Part shown: positions 38,715 through 48,202 of the stretch, piece by piece
How the letters are laid out: every line of letters begins with the position of its first letter
How positions within the stretch are numbered: position 1 is the first letter of the stretch
Assembly (NCBI GenBank): GCA_038230375.1
Contig: JBBRNJ010000017.1
Span: 57,501-121,500 of the forward strand
DNA length: 64,000 nucleotides
Reading direction: 5' to 3'
Origin: Polyangiales bacterium
GTDB lineage: Bacteria; Myxococcota_A; Polyangia; Polyangiales; Polyangiaceae
Translations under genes and position numbers: made by a program
The notes under the pieces: model-generated
The model's input: only the letters and a program-made list of their open reading frames with translations
The model's database searches: none
What the model was told of the DNA's origin: nothing

Positions 38715-40043
38715 TCACCTCCAGACGTCGACGCCGCCCACGTATGCGGGCGCCTTCAAGGTCTGGACGTTGCCGCCCAGGGTGGTGCTGCCGCCGTCGG
38801 TGCTCACGCGCACCAGGTTCAGGGGACCGGCACCGCCGTCGGAGAAATAGGTCTGCGCCGTGCCGATGAGGTTCCCGTCCTGATCGATCGTGAAGGAGTC
38901 AGGGGCGTTGTTCACGACAGCGCCAAGGACCGACCCGGACGTGTTCCAGAGGAACGTGCCACCGTACGTGCCGATGACGGCGAGCTTGTCGTTCACCAGC
39001 GCGAGCTGCGTGGGGAACGCGGAAGTCGACAGGTCGAGGACCTTCGACGCGACGCCCGTCGCAAGGCGAACCTCGTCCACCTCGCGCTGCTGCAGGTTCA
39101 CCGGCGTGCCCGCATCCAGGTTCTGGTTGCAGCCTGCCTGAAGGACGAGCAGACGGTCGTTGGTGGCGTCGTAGCCCATCTTCACGCCGACGAGCGGGTT
39201 GTATCCGGGCAGCTTGATGCCGCCACCGGCCGCTGTGCCACCAAGGCTGACGAGCGAGTCGGTCGTGGTGTCGATCGCAACGAGGCTGCTGTTGAGGCCC
39301 GAGCAGATGAGCGCGTAGGTCGTCATGTCGAACTGATGACGGTCCACGTTTCCGAGGAGCACGTAGAGCCGCTTCCGCCCGGCGTGGTAGTACGCCGCGG
39401 TCATCTCGGGCACGCCATCCGAGTCCTTCGGATCGAGGAGCGCTCCCAGATCGATGAGCTTTGTCGGAGCGCCGCCGTCTGCCACCTGCGTCGTGTCGAT
39501 CAGCGCGATCTTCGTTCGCGTGTAGCGCAGCACGTACGCCTTGTTCCCAGCCGCAACGACCGCTGTGTCGGGATCGGCGTATCCATCGAGCACGCCGCCG
39601 TCCTGCGCCTTGTCTGGCCCGGCCACATTCCACGAAGACGCGATCTTCCACGGCTGCTTCGGATCGAGCTTCAGCACCTGGTCGGTGGACTGCGCGAGAA
39701 AGAACGGTGAATCACCAGAAACGTACGTGGTGCCCAGGAAGCTCGGCACGATGAGGCGACCGTCCACGGTGTTCGTCTGCAGGTTGAACGCGACCATCTC
39801 GCTCGAGGTGCTGCCGTTGAACGACACCAGGAGGCGCGGCGTGGTCGTGGTTGCGTCCGTGCCGCCATCCACGCCGGGGAGCGTGGTCGCAGAGTCTCCC
39901 GTCGTGGCATCGTGGGGCGAGGCGTCCGCAGCGGGCCCGCCATCGATCGCGTAGACGGAGTCGTCCCCGCACGCCGAGACGAGGGAGAAGCCGAGAGAGA
40001 GGGCGAGCGCGCTCGCGCCTGTGACGAACAATCTGGTTTTCAT
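38715..40043 (-). CDS. Cobalamin-riboswitch-controlled lipoprotein, probable beta-propeller
   Basis: LVSAC lipobox, DGG/DAS tether, beta-rich repeats (KAYVLRY, RLYVLL, RLLVLQ). Confidence 0.75.
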   Translation of the reverse strand: MKTRLFVTGASALALSLGFSLVSACGDDSVYAIDGGPAADASPHDATTGDSATTLPGVDGGTDATTTTPRLLVSFNGSTSSEMVAFNLQTNTVDGRLIVPSFLGTTYVSGDSPFFLAQSTDQVLKLDPKQPWKIASSWNVAGPDKAQDGGVLDGYADPDTAVVAAGNKAYVLRYTRTKIALIDTTQVADGGAPTKLIDLGALLDPKDSDGVPEMTAAYYHAGRKRLYVLLGNVDRHQFDMTTYALICSGLNSSLVAIDTTTDSLVSLGGTAAGGGIKLPGYNPLVGVKMGYDATNDRLLVLQAGCNQNLDAGTPVNLQQREVDEVRLATGVASKVLDLSTSAFPTQLALVNDKLAVIGTYGGTFLWNTSGSVLGAVVNNAPDSFTIDQDGNLIGTAQTYFSDGGAGPLNLVRVSTDGGSTTLGGNVQTLKAPAYVGGVDVWR

Positions 40044-40110
40044 CGAAGCTCCGTCCGCGCTGACCCGCGCGGCAGATGGGAGATCTCGGCCCTGCCGTGA
40101 TCTCCTGGTT

Positions 40111-40288
40111 CGCCCTCGTGGTCCGGTCTCCGGACTGTCGGATCTTCCTCCGCTCGGCCCTTCCCAGGTCAAAGATTGACCCAGTGGTTACTGCCGAGCA
40201 TCGTCCCCGATCACCGTGGCGGGTGCCGTGCCGGATTTTCACCGGCTTCCCATGCGACGGAAAGAGCTCCGACGCGACCACGAGCGCG
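40111..40288 (-). ncRNA. Cobalamin (AdoCbl) riboswitch
   Basis: Minus strand: GGT...ATGGGAA-GCCGGTGAAAATCCGGC-ACGG-CACCCGCCACGGTGA...CCACTGGG...GGGAAGG...B12 box AGTCCGGAGACCGGACC; P1 CTCGTGGTC/GACCACGAG. Confidence 0.95.
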
Positions 40289-40382
40289 GCCCGCGAGGCG
40301 AATGCCTCTCGAGCGGGTGCAGAGCTACCCCGCGCGCGGCCCCCGCGTCAATCAGCAACTCAGCGCACGCGTCAGCGGCCTC

Positions 40383-41654
40383 TCATCCGAGGCGTCGAAC
40401 GAGCTCGTCCAGGATCAGGTCCGCGACGCGCGCCTTGTCCATGACCGGGAACGCGTCGACTGTCTCCTCGGACACGAGCCACACCCGCGTCTCGTCCTTG
40501 CCGATGGACTCGTTCGCGTGGTTCGCCACCACGAAGTCCACGCGCTTCTCGGCGCGCTTCTTCCGCGCGTACGCGATGATGCTCTCGTCGTTGCCGGTCT
40601 CCAGCGCAAAGCCGACAAGCACCGGCCGGCTGCCCTTGGCGCGCGCACGGGCCTCGCCGATGCCGGCAAGGATGTCGGGGTTCTCGGCGAGCAGCACCAT
40701 GGGCAGCGCGGTGCTCGGGATCGTGTCGGAAGCGTTCGCTCCGCCCGCGTCGAGGCTGGTCGCCCGTGACGTCTTGATCTTCTCGTGATGCGTGATCTGC
40801 GGCCGGTAGTCGGCAACGGCGGCCGCCATCACGAGCGCGTCCGCGGAGAGCAGATCGTCGCCGAGAGCGCGGAGGAGCTCGATCTGCATGTCGCGCGCGG
40901 ACTCCACGCTGATGCGATGCACGCCGGAGGGCGCAGGCAGCGACACGGGACCGGATACCAGCGTGACCTTCGCGCCACGAATGAACGCGCGCGCCGCGAT
41001 GAGGTGGCCCATCTTGCCGCTCGAGCGGTTGCCCAGGAAGCGCACGGGATCCCACGCCTCGTGCGTGGGTCCGGCGGAGACCACCACGTGCCGGCCGCGA
41101 AGATCCGCGGGGCCCACTGCGCGAGCGAGGCGCACCACGATGTCCTCCGGCTCTGCCATGCGGCCCACGCCGCGCTCGCCCGATGCGACCTCTCCCATCA
41201 CCGGGCCGCAAAGCTCCACGCGGCCCTGCTGCAAGAGCGTCAGTACGTTCGCCTGCGTCGCGGGGTGCTCCCACATGCGCGGGTGCATCGCGGGTGCGCA
41301 CACGACGGGGCCGCGAGCCGACAGCACCAGAGCGCCCACCAGATCATCCGCGCGTCCTTGGGCAAGGCGCGCGAGGACGTCCGCGGTGCCAGGCACGATC
41401 GCAATCACGTCGGCCTGGCGCGCGATCTCGATGTGCATCTCGCCCTTGAAGGACGGCTCCCACATGTCCGAGGAGACGCGCTCACCCGTGATGCCAGAGA
41501 AGGTCACCTCGCCCACGAACTCGGTCGCGCTCTTCGTCATCACCGGAAGGACGCGCGCGCCCGCCTTCCTGAGGAGCCGCGCGACCTCCACCGCCTTGTA
41601 GGCCGCGATGCTGCCGGTGACGCAGAGCGCGACGGTCTTGCCCGAGAGCTGCAT
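40383..41654 (-). CDS. coaBC: Phosphopantothenoylcysteine decarboxylase/ligase
   Basis: TGSIAAYK, APAMH, GVGRMAEP, DPVRFLGNRSSGKMG, VGFALET. Confidence 0.96.
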   Translation of the reverse strand: MQLSGKTVALCVTGSIAAYKAVEVARLLRKAGARVLPVMTKSATEFVGEVTFSGITGERVSSDMWEPSFKGEMHIEIARQADVIAIVPGTADVLARLAQGRADDLVGALVLSARGPVVCAPAMHPRMWEHPATQANVLTLLQQGRVELCGPVMGEVASGERGVGRMAEPEDIVVRLARAVGPADLRGRHVVVSAGPTHEAWDPVRFLGNRSSGKMGHLIAARAFIRGAKVTLVSGPVSLPAPSGVHRISVESARDMQIELLRALGDDLLSADALVMAAAVADYRPQITHHEKIKTSRATSLDAGGANASDTIPSTALPMVLLAENPDILAGIGEARARAKGSRPVLVGFALETGNDESIIAYARKKRAEKRVDFVVANHANESIGKDETRVWLVSEETVDAFPVMDKARVADLILDELVRRLG

Positions 41655-41856
41655 CCCTCGGATCCTAGTTCACGTGGCCCAACTACACTGCGGGAAGTCG
41701 CGTCCCAGTTCTCGATTGGTTCGGGCTTGCGTGCGGCAGCGTGACAAACAGCGGCGGGGCCGCGGTCAGACCCCTGTCCCGTTGCCACGGCGCGACCGCG
41801 ACGCAGATTCGAGCCGGGGAAGGCGACTTCCCGCAGTAGAACTAACGTGCCGCATT

Positions 41857-43545
41857 TCAGTCCACGCCGGGTCGGTCGTCGTCGCCTGCGCCCGCGCTCG
41901 AATGCGAGCCTTTTTGCGCCTTCGCGAAGCCCTCGCGGATGGTCCAGCCGTGAGTTCCGTACTTGCCGGCGACGCGCGTCTCCACGGTCGAGCCGCCCAT
42001 GGGCGGAGCGTGGCCGCGCGGATCGTGGATGTCGGGGCCCTGCGATATCTGCAGGTACTCGTCTGCCACGTACTCGGGGTGCTCGTCGTCGTGGGAGATC
42101 CATTTGGGATCCGCCTCGCCCAGGCCAACCTTCCAGATCTGCTGCGTGGGCGGGTACACGTCCTGGCTGCGCTCGCGGACCGCGAACGAGCCGTCGCGCA
42201 GGATCCGGTAGCGCGTGATCTTGAAGCCCGGGATGCCGCGCTGCGCGAGCATGCGTTCGCCCTTCGGGACCTTGGGGTCCTGCACATCACGCTCCTGGAA
42301 CGGCACCACGTCGTTCACCTTGCGGACGAACGTGACGTCGCGCGTGCGCTTCGGGCCGAGGATCTCCGCGTGCACGAAGCCGTCCTCCACCGTCTCGTGC
42401 AGGACGATGGGGAACGTGAACGGGTTGCGCAGCTTCAGCGTGATCGTCGGGTAGACCACGGTCGCGTCCATGCCCATCTTGATGTAGAAGCTCGGGCGCG
42501 TGTGCGGGTGTCGCTCCACGATGTCGAGCCCCGAGAAATAGGCCGCGCCGTGCAGCGTGCCGGCCACCTGGCAGGTACCGCCGCCAATGCCGTCCACGAG
42601 CTCGCCGGAGGCGATCACGGGCGCGACGCGGTAGCCGTTCGCCTCGTTGCGCGGACCGACGACGTCGTTGAAGTCGAACGTCTCGCCCGGGAAGATCACA
42701 TGGCCATCCAGGTGGCTCGCGGCCAGCCGCAGATTGTACGAGCGCGCCTCGTGCTTCAGATCCTTTGCGTACTTCGTCTCGAAGTATCCGAGCACGTCGT
42801 CGATCACGACGTTCTTGATCGAGTCCGCAGTGCGCGTGGCAGGGATGAATGTCACGGACGCCGTGATCTTCTCGTCGCCCTTGATCAGCGCCTGATCGAG
42901 CCGCGCGAGCGTCTGGTACACATCGAGCCGTCGCCCGACCTCGTCCGCGAGCACGCGCTTGTGCTCCAGATCCAGGCGCGCGTCGATCGGCTCCTTGTCG
43001 ATCGCGTCCTTCACCTGCATCATCGCCGACAGCGCGCGCTTCTCGTCCGCCACGACGGGGAGCGGGACATCGAGCTCCCTGCCCTTCGCGACCTGCTCGT
43101 GTGCGCGCCGCATCGGGCTCTCCGGATCGCGGAGATCAAGCACCAGTGCCGCTAGGCGCTCATTGTCGATGCGTGCGCCCAGGTCCGCGCGCGTGCGCTT
43201 CTCCGCCACGCCACCGGGCACGTCGAGCAGCACGGGCTGGCTGATGTATGCGCGCACGATGCCGCGCGCGGCATTCAGCGTCTCGTCGTCCGACCCTTTC
43301 ATGGGGAGCGGCTTGCCGAGCAGCCGCGCGACGGGCGGATTCGGGTCGGGCTTCCGGACCCTGGTCGCGTCCGGCTTGTAGACCAGGATGAGCGCGATGG
43401 CGGAGCCGAAGATTCCGCAGATCGCCATGCGCGCGATCGTCACGCGATCGAGCGGGAAGACCAGGTCCTTCACGCGCAGCGCCGCCGAGGTCGCCCATGC
43501 ACCGGAGGTCGCCGACCGACCTGTGAGTCGCTTCGCGAAGGCCAT
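41857..43545 (-). CDS. VanW-family protein (TM anchor, PG-binding-like region, VanW, G5-like C-terminus)
   Basis: RSYNLRLAA, PGETFDFNDVVGPR, GIGGGTCQV, ERHPH, GMDATV. Start uncertain; the ORF track extension is antisense to ychF. Confidence 0.85.
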   Translation of the reverse strand: MAFAKRLTGRSATSGAWATSAALRVKDLVFPLDRVTIARMAICGIFGSAIALILVYKPDATRVRKPDPNPPVARLLGKPLPMKGSDDETLNAARGIVRAYISQPVLLDVPGGVAEKRTRADLGARIDNERLAALVLDLRDPESPMRRAHEQVAKGRELDVPLPVVADEKRALSAMMQVKDAIDKEPIDARLDLEHKRVLADEVGRRLDVYQTLARLDQALIKGDEKITASVTFIPATRTADSIKNVVIDDVLGYFETKYAKDLKHEARSYNLRLAASHLDGHVIFPGETFDFNDVVGPRNEANGYRVAPVIASGELVDGIGGGTCQVAGTLHGAAYFSGLDIVERHPHTRPSFYIKMGMDATVVYPTITLKLRNPFTFPIVLHETVEDGFVHAEILGPKRTRDVTFVRKVNDVVPFQERDVQDPKVPKGERMLAQRGIPGFKITRYRILRDGSFAVRERSQDVYPPTQQIWKVGLGEADPKWISHDDEHPEYVADEYLQISQGPDIHDPRGHAPPMGGSTVETRVAGKYGTHGWTIREGFAKAQKGSHSSAGAGDDDRPGVD

Positions 43546-43650
43546 CGGTTCGACGCATAACGGAACGGGCGTTTCGGGGCCAAGAATGCAGCCACGAACG
43601 GGGCACCCCATGGACCTGGACGCAGCCGTGTGGTACCGGACGCGTCTCCC

Positions 43651-44757
43651 ATGGCGCTCGCAATCGGCATCGTCGGCCTCCCCAACGTCGGCAAATCCAC
43701 GCTCTTCAACGCAATCTCCACCGGCAAGGCAGAGGCGGCGAACTACCCCTTCTGCACGATCGAGCCGAACGTCGGCACCGTGATCGTCCCGGACGATCGC
43801 ATGCAGAAGATCGATTCGGTCATCCACGCTGACAAGCTCGTGCCCACGGCGATCAACTTCGTCGACATCGCGGGCCTGGTGCGCGGCGCCTCCAAGGGTG
43901 AGGGCCTCGGCAACCAGTTCCTCTCTCACATCCGTGAGGTCGACGCGATCGTTCAAGTGGCGCGTTGCTTCGAGGACCCGAACGTCATCCACGTCGAGAA
44001 CAGAGTTGATCCAGTGGGTGACATTGCAACGGTCACCACCGAGCTTTGTTTGAAGGACATGGATACGGTGCAGAAGCGGCTCGACCGCGCGCGCAAGATG
44101 TCGAAGGGTGGAAGTCCGCTCGAGAAGCTCGCCGCGGAGATCACGGAACCGCTCGCGAAACACCTGGACGAGGGGAAGCCTGCACGGACCTTCGCGTTCC
44201 CGGACTCTCCCGACACGCAGACCATCCTGCGCGAGATGCAGCTGCTCACGGCGAAGCCGAGCTTCTACATCGCGAACGTGGACGAGGGCTCCATTGGCAA
44301 GCTCGAACAGAACAAGCATCTCCAGGCGCTCATCGCGCATGCGAACAGCGAAGGCGCGCTCGTCGTCCCCGTGTGCGCCGCGCTCGAGGAGCAGATCGCG
44401 CAACTGGAGCCGAAGGACCGCCCCGACTTCCTGGAGAGCGCGGGCCTCACGGAGCCCGGCCTGCACGCGGTGATTCGTGCAGGATACAAGCTTCTCAACC
44501 TGCTCACGTTCTTCACGGCAGGCAAGGTCGAGGTCCGCGCGTGGACCACGCACATCGGTGCGACAGCCCCGCAGGCCGCGGGCGTCATCCACACGGACTT
44601 CGAGAAGGGCTTCATCAAGGCCGAGGTCATCTGGTGGGAGGACCTGGTGAGCCTTGGCAGCGAAGCCAAATGCCGCGACGCCGGCAAGCTGGCCATCGAG
44701 GGCAAGGAATACGTGATGAGGGATGGTGACGTCTGTCACTTCCGCTTCAACGTCTGA
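43651..44757 (+). CDS. ychF: Redox-regulated ATPase YchF
   Basis: GLPNVGKST, NYPFCTIEPN, DIAGLV, IHTDFEKGFI, ends FRFNV. Confidence 0.98.
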   Translation: MALAIGIVGLPNVGKSTLFNAISTGKAEAANYPFCTIEPNVGTVIVPDDRMQKIDSVIHADKLVPTAINFVDIAGLVRGASKGEGLGNQFLSHIREVDAIVQVARCFEDPNVIHVENRVDPVGDIATVTTELCLKDMDTVQKRLDRARKMSKGGSPLEKLAAEITEPLAKHLDEGKPARTFAFPDSPDTQTILREMQLLTAKPSFYIANVDEGSIGKLEQNKHLQALIAHANSEGALVVPVCAALEEQIAQLEPKDRPDFLESAGLTEPGLHAVIRAGYKLLNLLTFFTAGKVEVRAWTTHIGATAPQAAGVIHTDFEKGFIKAEVIWWEDLVSLGSEAKCRDAGKLAIEGKEYVMRDGDVCHFRFNV

Positions 44758-44778
44758 GGCTCCGGCAGGTCAGGGCCA

Positions 44779-44814
44779 CAAACGCAAAGAGGCGACCGGT
44801 CTCCCGATCACCTC
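44779..44814 (-). terminator. Putative terminator between convergent ychF and the TM2 gene
   Basis: Minus strand GAGGTGATCGG...CCGGTCGCCTC followed by TTTGCGTTTG. Confidence 0.6.
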
Positions 44815-44837
44815 ATGCGAACCGCAACGGTCGTCAA

Positions 44838-45998
44838 CTACAGGGTCACGAGGCGGCCCTGCTTGTCCCTGAACTTGCCCTGCAGGATCATGATGATGTC
44901 GATGAGCTGCCAGATGCCGCAGCCGCCGAGCGTCAAGAACTGGGCGATGCCGATGCCGATGTGGCCCGTGTAGAAACGGTGGATGCCGAACATCGAGAAG
45001 CCTGCGGGGATGACCGCGCAGAGCAGCGTGATCATCTTCGGCTTGTCGCTGACGCCTCCGGGCTGCATCTGCCCAGGCATGCCGCCCATCATCTGACCAC
45101 CGGGCTGCGCGCCGTAGGGCGTCATGCCCATCGCGTTGCCCATGTCGTTCACGCCCTGCCCAAAGGCCTGGCCCATCTGGTTGAAGCCCTGGTTGACCTG
45201 GCCACCGAAGTCCTGGGGAGGCGCGCCACCGTAGCCGGGCTGACCACCAGGCGGCGGACCGCCCATCTGAGGCGGAGCGCCCATGCCCATACCGCCGGGA
45301 GCGCCGCCATACGCGTCCGCGCCCATCGGCGGTGCGCCACCGGGAGGAGGTGCTCCACCCATCTGACCTGGGGGCGGGGCGCCATACGCACCACCACCGG
45401 GCGGACCAAAGGGATCACCAGGCGGAGGGCCACCCATCGGACCACCAGGCGGAGGGCCGCCCATCTGTCCACCACCAGGCGCGAAGGGATCTCCGGGCGG
45501 TGCCGCACCGGGAGGGGGCGCGCCGAAGGCACCACCGAAGGCCGCGGGGCCGGGGCCATCCGCGACCATCGTTCCGCCGAGCGGGTTCACGCCGGCTGCG
45601 GAGCCGAACGTTTGATGATCTGGAGACGAGGGCGACATGGGGGACATGGGTGCGCCCATCGGTGAGCCCATGGGGGACATGGGCGCCGGCGTGGGGAGCG
45701 GCGCGGCCATCATCGGGGCAGGAGCTGCACCCGCGACCGGCGGCGCGACGCCGACCATCGTTCCCTTCAGCTTGCTCGCCGCGGGCGGCGCAGCACCTGC
45801 GCTCACCGGACCGGCGAGGGGCTTGGCGGCGGCGGGCGGACCAGGGGTTGGGAGCGGCGCGCCGGGCTGATTCATCATCAGCATCGTGCCCTTGAACTTT
45901 GGTCCCCCACCTCCCGCAGGCTTGTTGAGCGCCGTGTTGCATTGGGTGCAGGTCGTCGCAGTGTCGGGGTTGTTGGATCCACAGTTCGGGCAGAACAC
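44838..45998 (-). CDS. Zinc-ribbon, Pro/Gly-rich linker, TM2 domain protein
   Basis: FCPNCG...CTQC; GIHRFYTGH, LTLGGCGIW..ID; SD GGAGG before GTG. Confidence 0.85.
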   Translation of the reverse strand: MFCPNCGSNNPDTATTCTQCNTALNKPAGGGGPKFKGTMLMMNQPGAPLPTPGPPAAAKPLAGPVSAGAAPPAASKLKGTMVGVAPPVAGAAPAPMMAAPLPTPAPMSPMGSPMGAPMSPMSPSSPDHQTFGSAAGVNPLGGTMVADGPGPAAFGGAFGAPPPGAAPPGDPFAPGGGQMGGPPPGGPMGGPPPGDPFGPPGGGAYGAPPPGQMGGAPPPGGAPPMGADAYGGAPGGMGMGAPPQMGGPPPGGQPGYGGAPPQDFGGQVNQGFNQMGQAFGQGVNDMGNAMGMTPYGAQPGGQMMGGMPGQMQPGGVSDKPKMITLLCAVIPAGFSMFGIHRFYTGHIGIGIAQFLTLGGCGIWQLIDIIMILQGKFRDKQGRLVTL

Positions 45999-46171
45999 GA
46001 AGGTACCTCCGCTCGGGTCAAGATCGCGCGGCCGACAAAAGGAGTCAGCCCGTAGGCGGGGAGAATAGCCAAGTCGGCTTTGGATTCACAACAAGAGAAC
46101 AACAAAACAAACGCGATGGCCACGCAGCGCGACCGGAGCGCGAGCGGGTCACGCGAAACCCGAAACACGGC

Positions 46172-46201
46172 TTGACACTCGAGCCTCTGCGCCTCTAGCG
46201 T
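46172..46201 (+). promoter_or_regulatory. Sigma70-type promoter of the nuo operon
   Basis: TTGACA-18 bp-TAGCGT. Confidence 0.7.
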
Positions 46202-46309
46202 TCGCCCGCAAATCCCCGCAAATTTGCGGATTGTGCGGCAATTTGCGCACTTTTCAGATTGGCTCCGGATTGGCCTGGACTGGTTTTCTGGCTCACTGAG
46301 GAATCTCGG

Positions 46310-46786
46310 ATGGCGTTTGCTCTCACCGAAGACCGCGACAAGCAGCTCGCAGACATTCTCACCCGCTACCCCACGAAGATGGGCGCGTGCATTCCTCTGC
46401 TTCACCTGTGTCAGGAGCAGCACGGCTGGATCTCCGAGGAGATTGTCCTCTGGGTCTCGAACCGCCTGGATTTGCCGCCTGCGCACGTGCAAGGCGTCGT
46501 CACGTTCTACACGCTCTTCAACCAGAAGCCGGTCGGCAAGCACCAGGTCTGGGTGTGTCGCACCCTGCCCTGCGCGCTGCGCGGCGGCGTCGACCTGCTG
46601 CACTACTGCGAGAAGAAGCTCGGCGTGCATGCCGGCGAGACCACCGCAGATGGCGCGATCACGTTGCGCTCCGCGGAGTGCCTCGCCTCGTGCGGCACCG
46701 CGCCCATGATGCAGGTCGACAAGGACTACCACGAGAACCTCACCCCAGAGACCGTCGACCGCTTGCTCGAAGCGCTCCGCAAGTGA
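46310..46786 (+). CDS. nuoE: NADH-quinone oxidoreductase subunit E
   Basis: VVTFYT, CRTLPC, ECLASCGTAP. Confidence 0.95.
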   Translation: MAFALTEDRDKQLADILTRYPTKMGACIPLLHLCQEQHGWISEEIVLWVSNRLDLPPAHVQGVVTFYTLFNQKPVGKHQVWVCRTLPCALRGGVDLLHYCEKKLGVHAGETTADGAITLRSAECLASCGTAPMMQVDKDYHENLTPETVDRLLEALRK

Positions 46787-46807
46787 GCTGAGTAAAAAAA
46801 CGAGACC

Positions 46808-48199
46808 ATGCTGAAAGCAACGAACTACCTCACGAAGACCTACGGCCAGAAGGACGGCTGGACCCTTGCCGCGTACGAGCGCGACCTCGAGGGCTACAAG
46901 ACCGCACGTCAGGTCCTCACCTCCATGACGAAGGAGCAGGTCGTCGACGAGGCCAAGAAGGCGAACATCCGCGGCCGCGGCGGCGCAGGCTTCCCCATGG
47001 GCGTGAAGTGGAGCTTCATGCGGCCCCACCCCACGAAGCCCGCGTACCTCGTCATCAACGCGGACGAGGGCGAGCCCGGCACGCACAAAGATCGCACGCT
47101 CATGGAGGAGAACCCACACAGCGTGGTCGAGGGCTGCATCATCGGCTGCTACGGCATCGGCGCGCACGTCGCGTACATCTACGTGCGCGACGAGCTCCAC
47201 CTCTCCAAGGAGCGGCTCTGGGGCGCCATCAAGGAGGCGCGCGCAAAGGGCTACCTTGGCAGGACGCCCTTCGGGAAGGACTACCCCGTCGAGGTGCACG
47301 TCCACACCGGCGCGGGCGCGTACATCTGCGGCGAGGAGACGTCACTGCTCAACTCGCTCGAAGGTCGCCGCGGTGAGCCGCGCCTCAAGCCGCCGTTCCC
47401 CGCGCAAGCCGGCGCCTTCGGCTGCCCCACCACGGTGAACAACCTGGAGACGATCGCGGCGGTGCCCACGGCGTTCCGCCTTGGCTGCGAGGAGTTCTCG
47501 AAGCTCTCGTCGCTGCACGACATCAAGGACGGCGGCGTTCGCCTCTTCGGCATCAACGGCCACGTCAACAAGCCCGGCGTCCACGAGCTCTGCGTCGGCG
47601 TCACCATGCGCGAGCTGATCTACGATCTCGGCGGCGGCGTCCTTGGCGACAAGCCGCTGCTTGCGGTGATCCCCGGCGGCTCCTCGACACCTCTCCTGCT
47701 CGCGGACGAGAAGGTCTCCGCACCCGACGAGAAGAACCCGCTCCACAAGTGGCACGACATGAGCGTGCTCGACGTGCCGCTCGGCGTGGACACCTTCCGC
47801 GGTCTGGGCACCATGCTCGGCACGTGCTGCATCACCGTCATGGCAGAGGGCACGTGCCCCGTCGCGTCCATGCACAACCTGATGCAGTTCTACCGCCACG
47901 AGAGCTGCGGTCAGTGCACGCCGTGCCGCGAAGGCTCCGCGTGGTTGCTCCGCATCACGGAGAAGATCCTCGACGGCAAAGGCTCGATGGAGGAGCTCGA
48001 TCAGCTCCACGACGTGGCCAACAGCATCATGGGCAACACCATCTGCGCCTTCGGCGAAGGCACTGCGATGCCCGCGCTCGGCTTCCTCAAGAAGTTCCGC
48101 AAGGAGTTCGAGGCGTACGTGAAGGGCACCAAGACGAAGGCGAAGAACGGCACGCTCGCCATGGGCTCCGAGTTCGCAACCAAAACGGAAGGTCACTGA
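46808..48199 (+). CDS. nuoF: NADH-quinone oxidoreductase subunit F
   Basis: GRGGAGFP, NADEGEPG, GAGAYICGEET, ESCGQCTPCREG. Confidence 0.97.
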   Translation: MLKATNYLTKTYGQKDGWTLAAYERDLEGYKTARQVLTSMTKEQVVDEAKKANIRGRGGAGFPMGVKWSFMRPHPTKPAYLVINADEGEPGTHKDRTLMEENPHSVVEGCIIGCYGIGAHVAYIYVRDELHLSKERLWGAIKEARAKGYLGRTPFGKDYPVEVHVHTGAGAYICGEETSLLNSLEGRRGEPRLKPPFPAQAGAFGCPTTVNNLETIAAVPTAFRLGCEEFSKLSSLHDIKDGGVRLFGINGHVNKPGVHELCVGVTMRELIYDLGGGVLGDKPLLAVIPGGSSTPLLLADEKVSAPDEKNPLHKWHDMSVLDVPLGVDTFRGLGTMLGTCCITVMAEGTCPVASMHNLMQFYRHESCGQCTPCREGSAWLLRITEKILDGKGSMEELDQLHDVANSIMGNTICAFGEGTAMPALGFLKKFRKEFEAYVKGTKTKAKNGTLAMGSEFATKTEGH

Positions 48200-48202
48200 A
48201 CG

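Noticed and set aside
43546..44739. 960-aa version of the VanW ORF
   Set aside because: The extra N-terminal part is mostly the antisense of ychF; a start near 43545 is more plausible.
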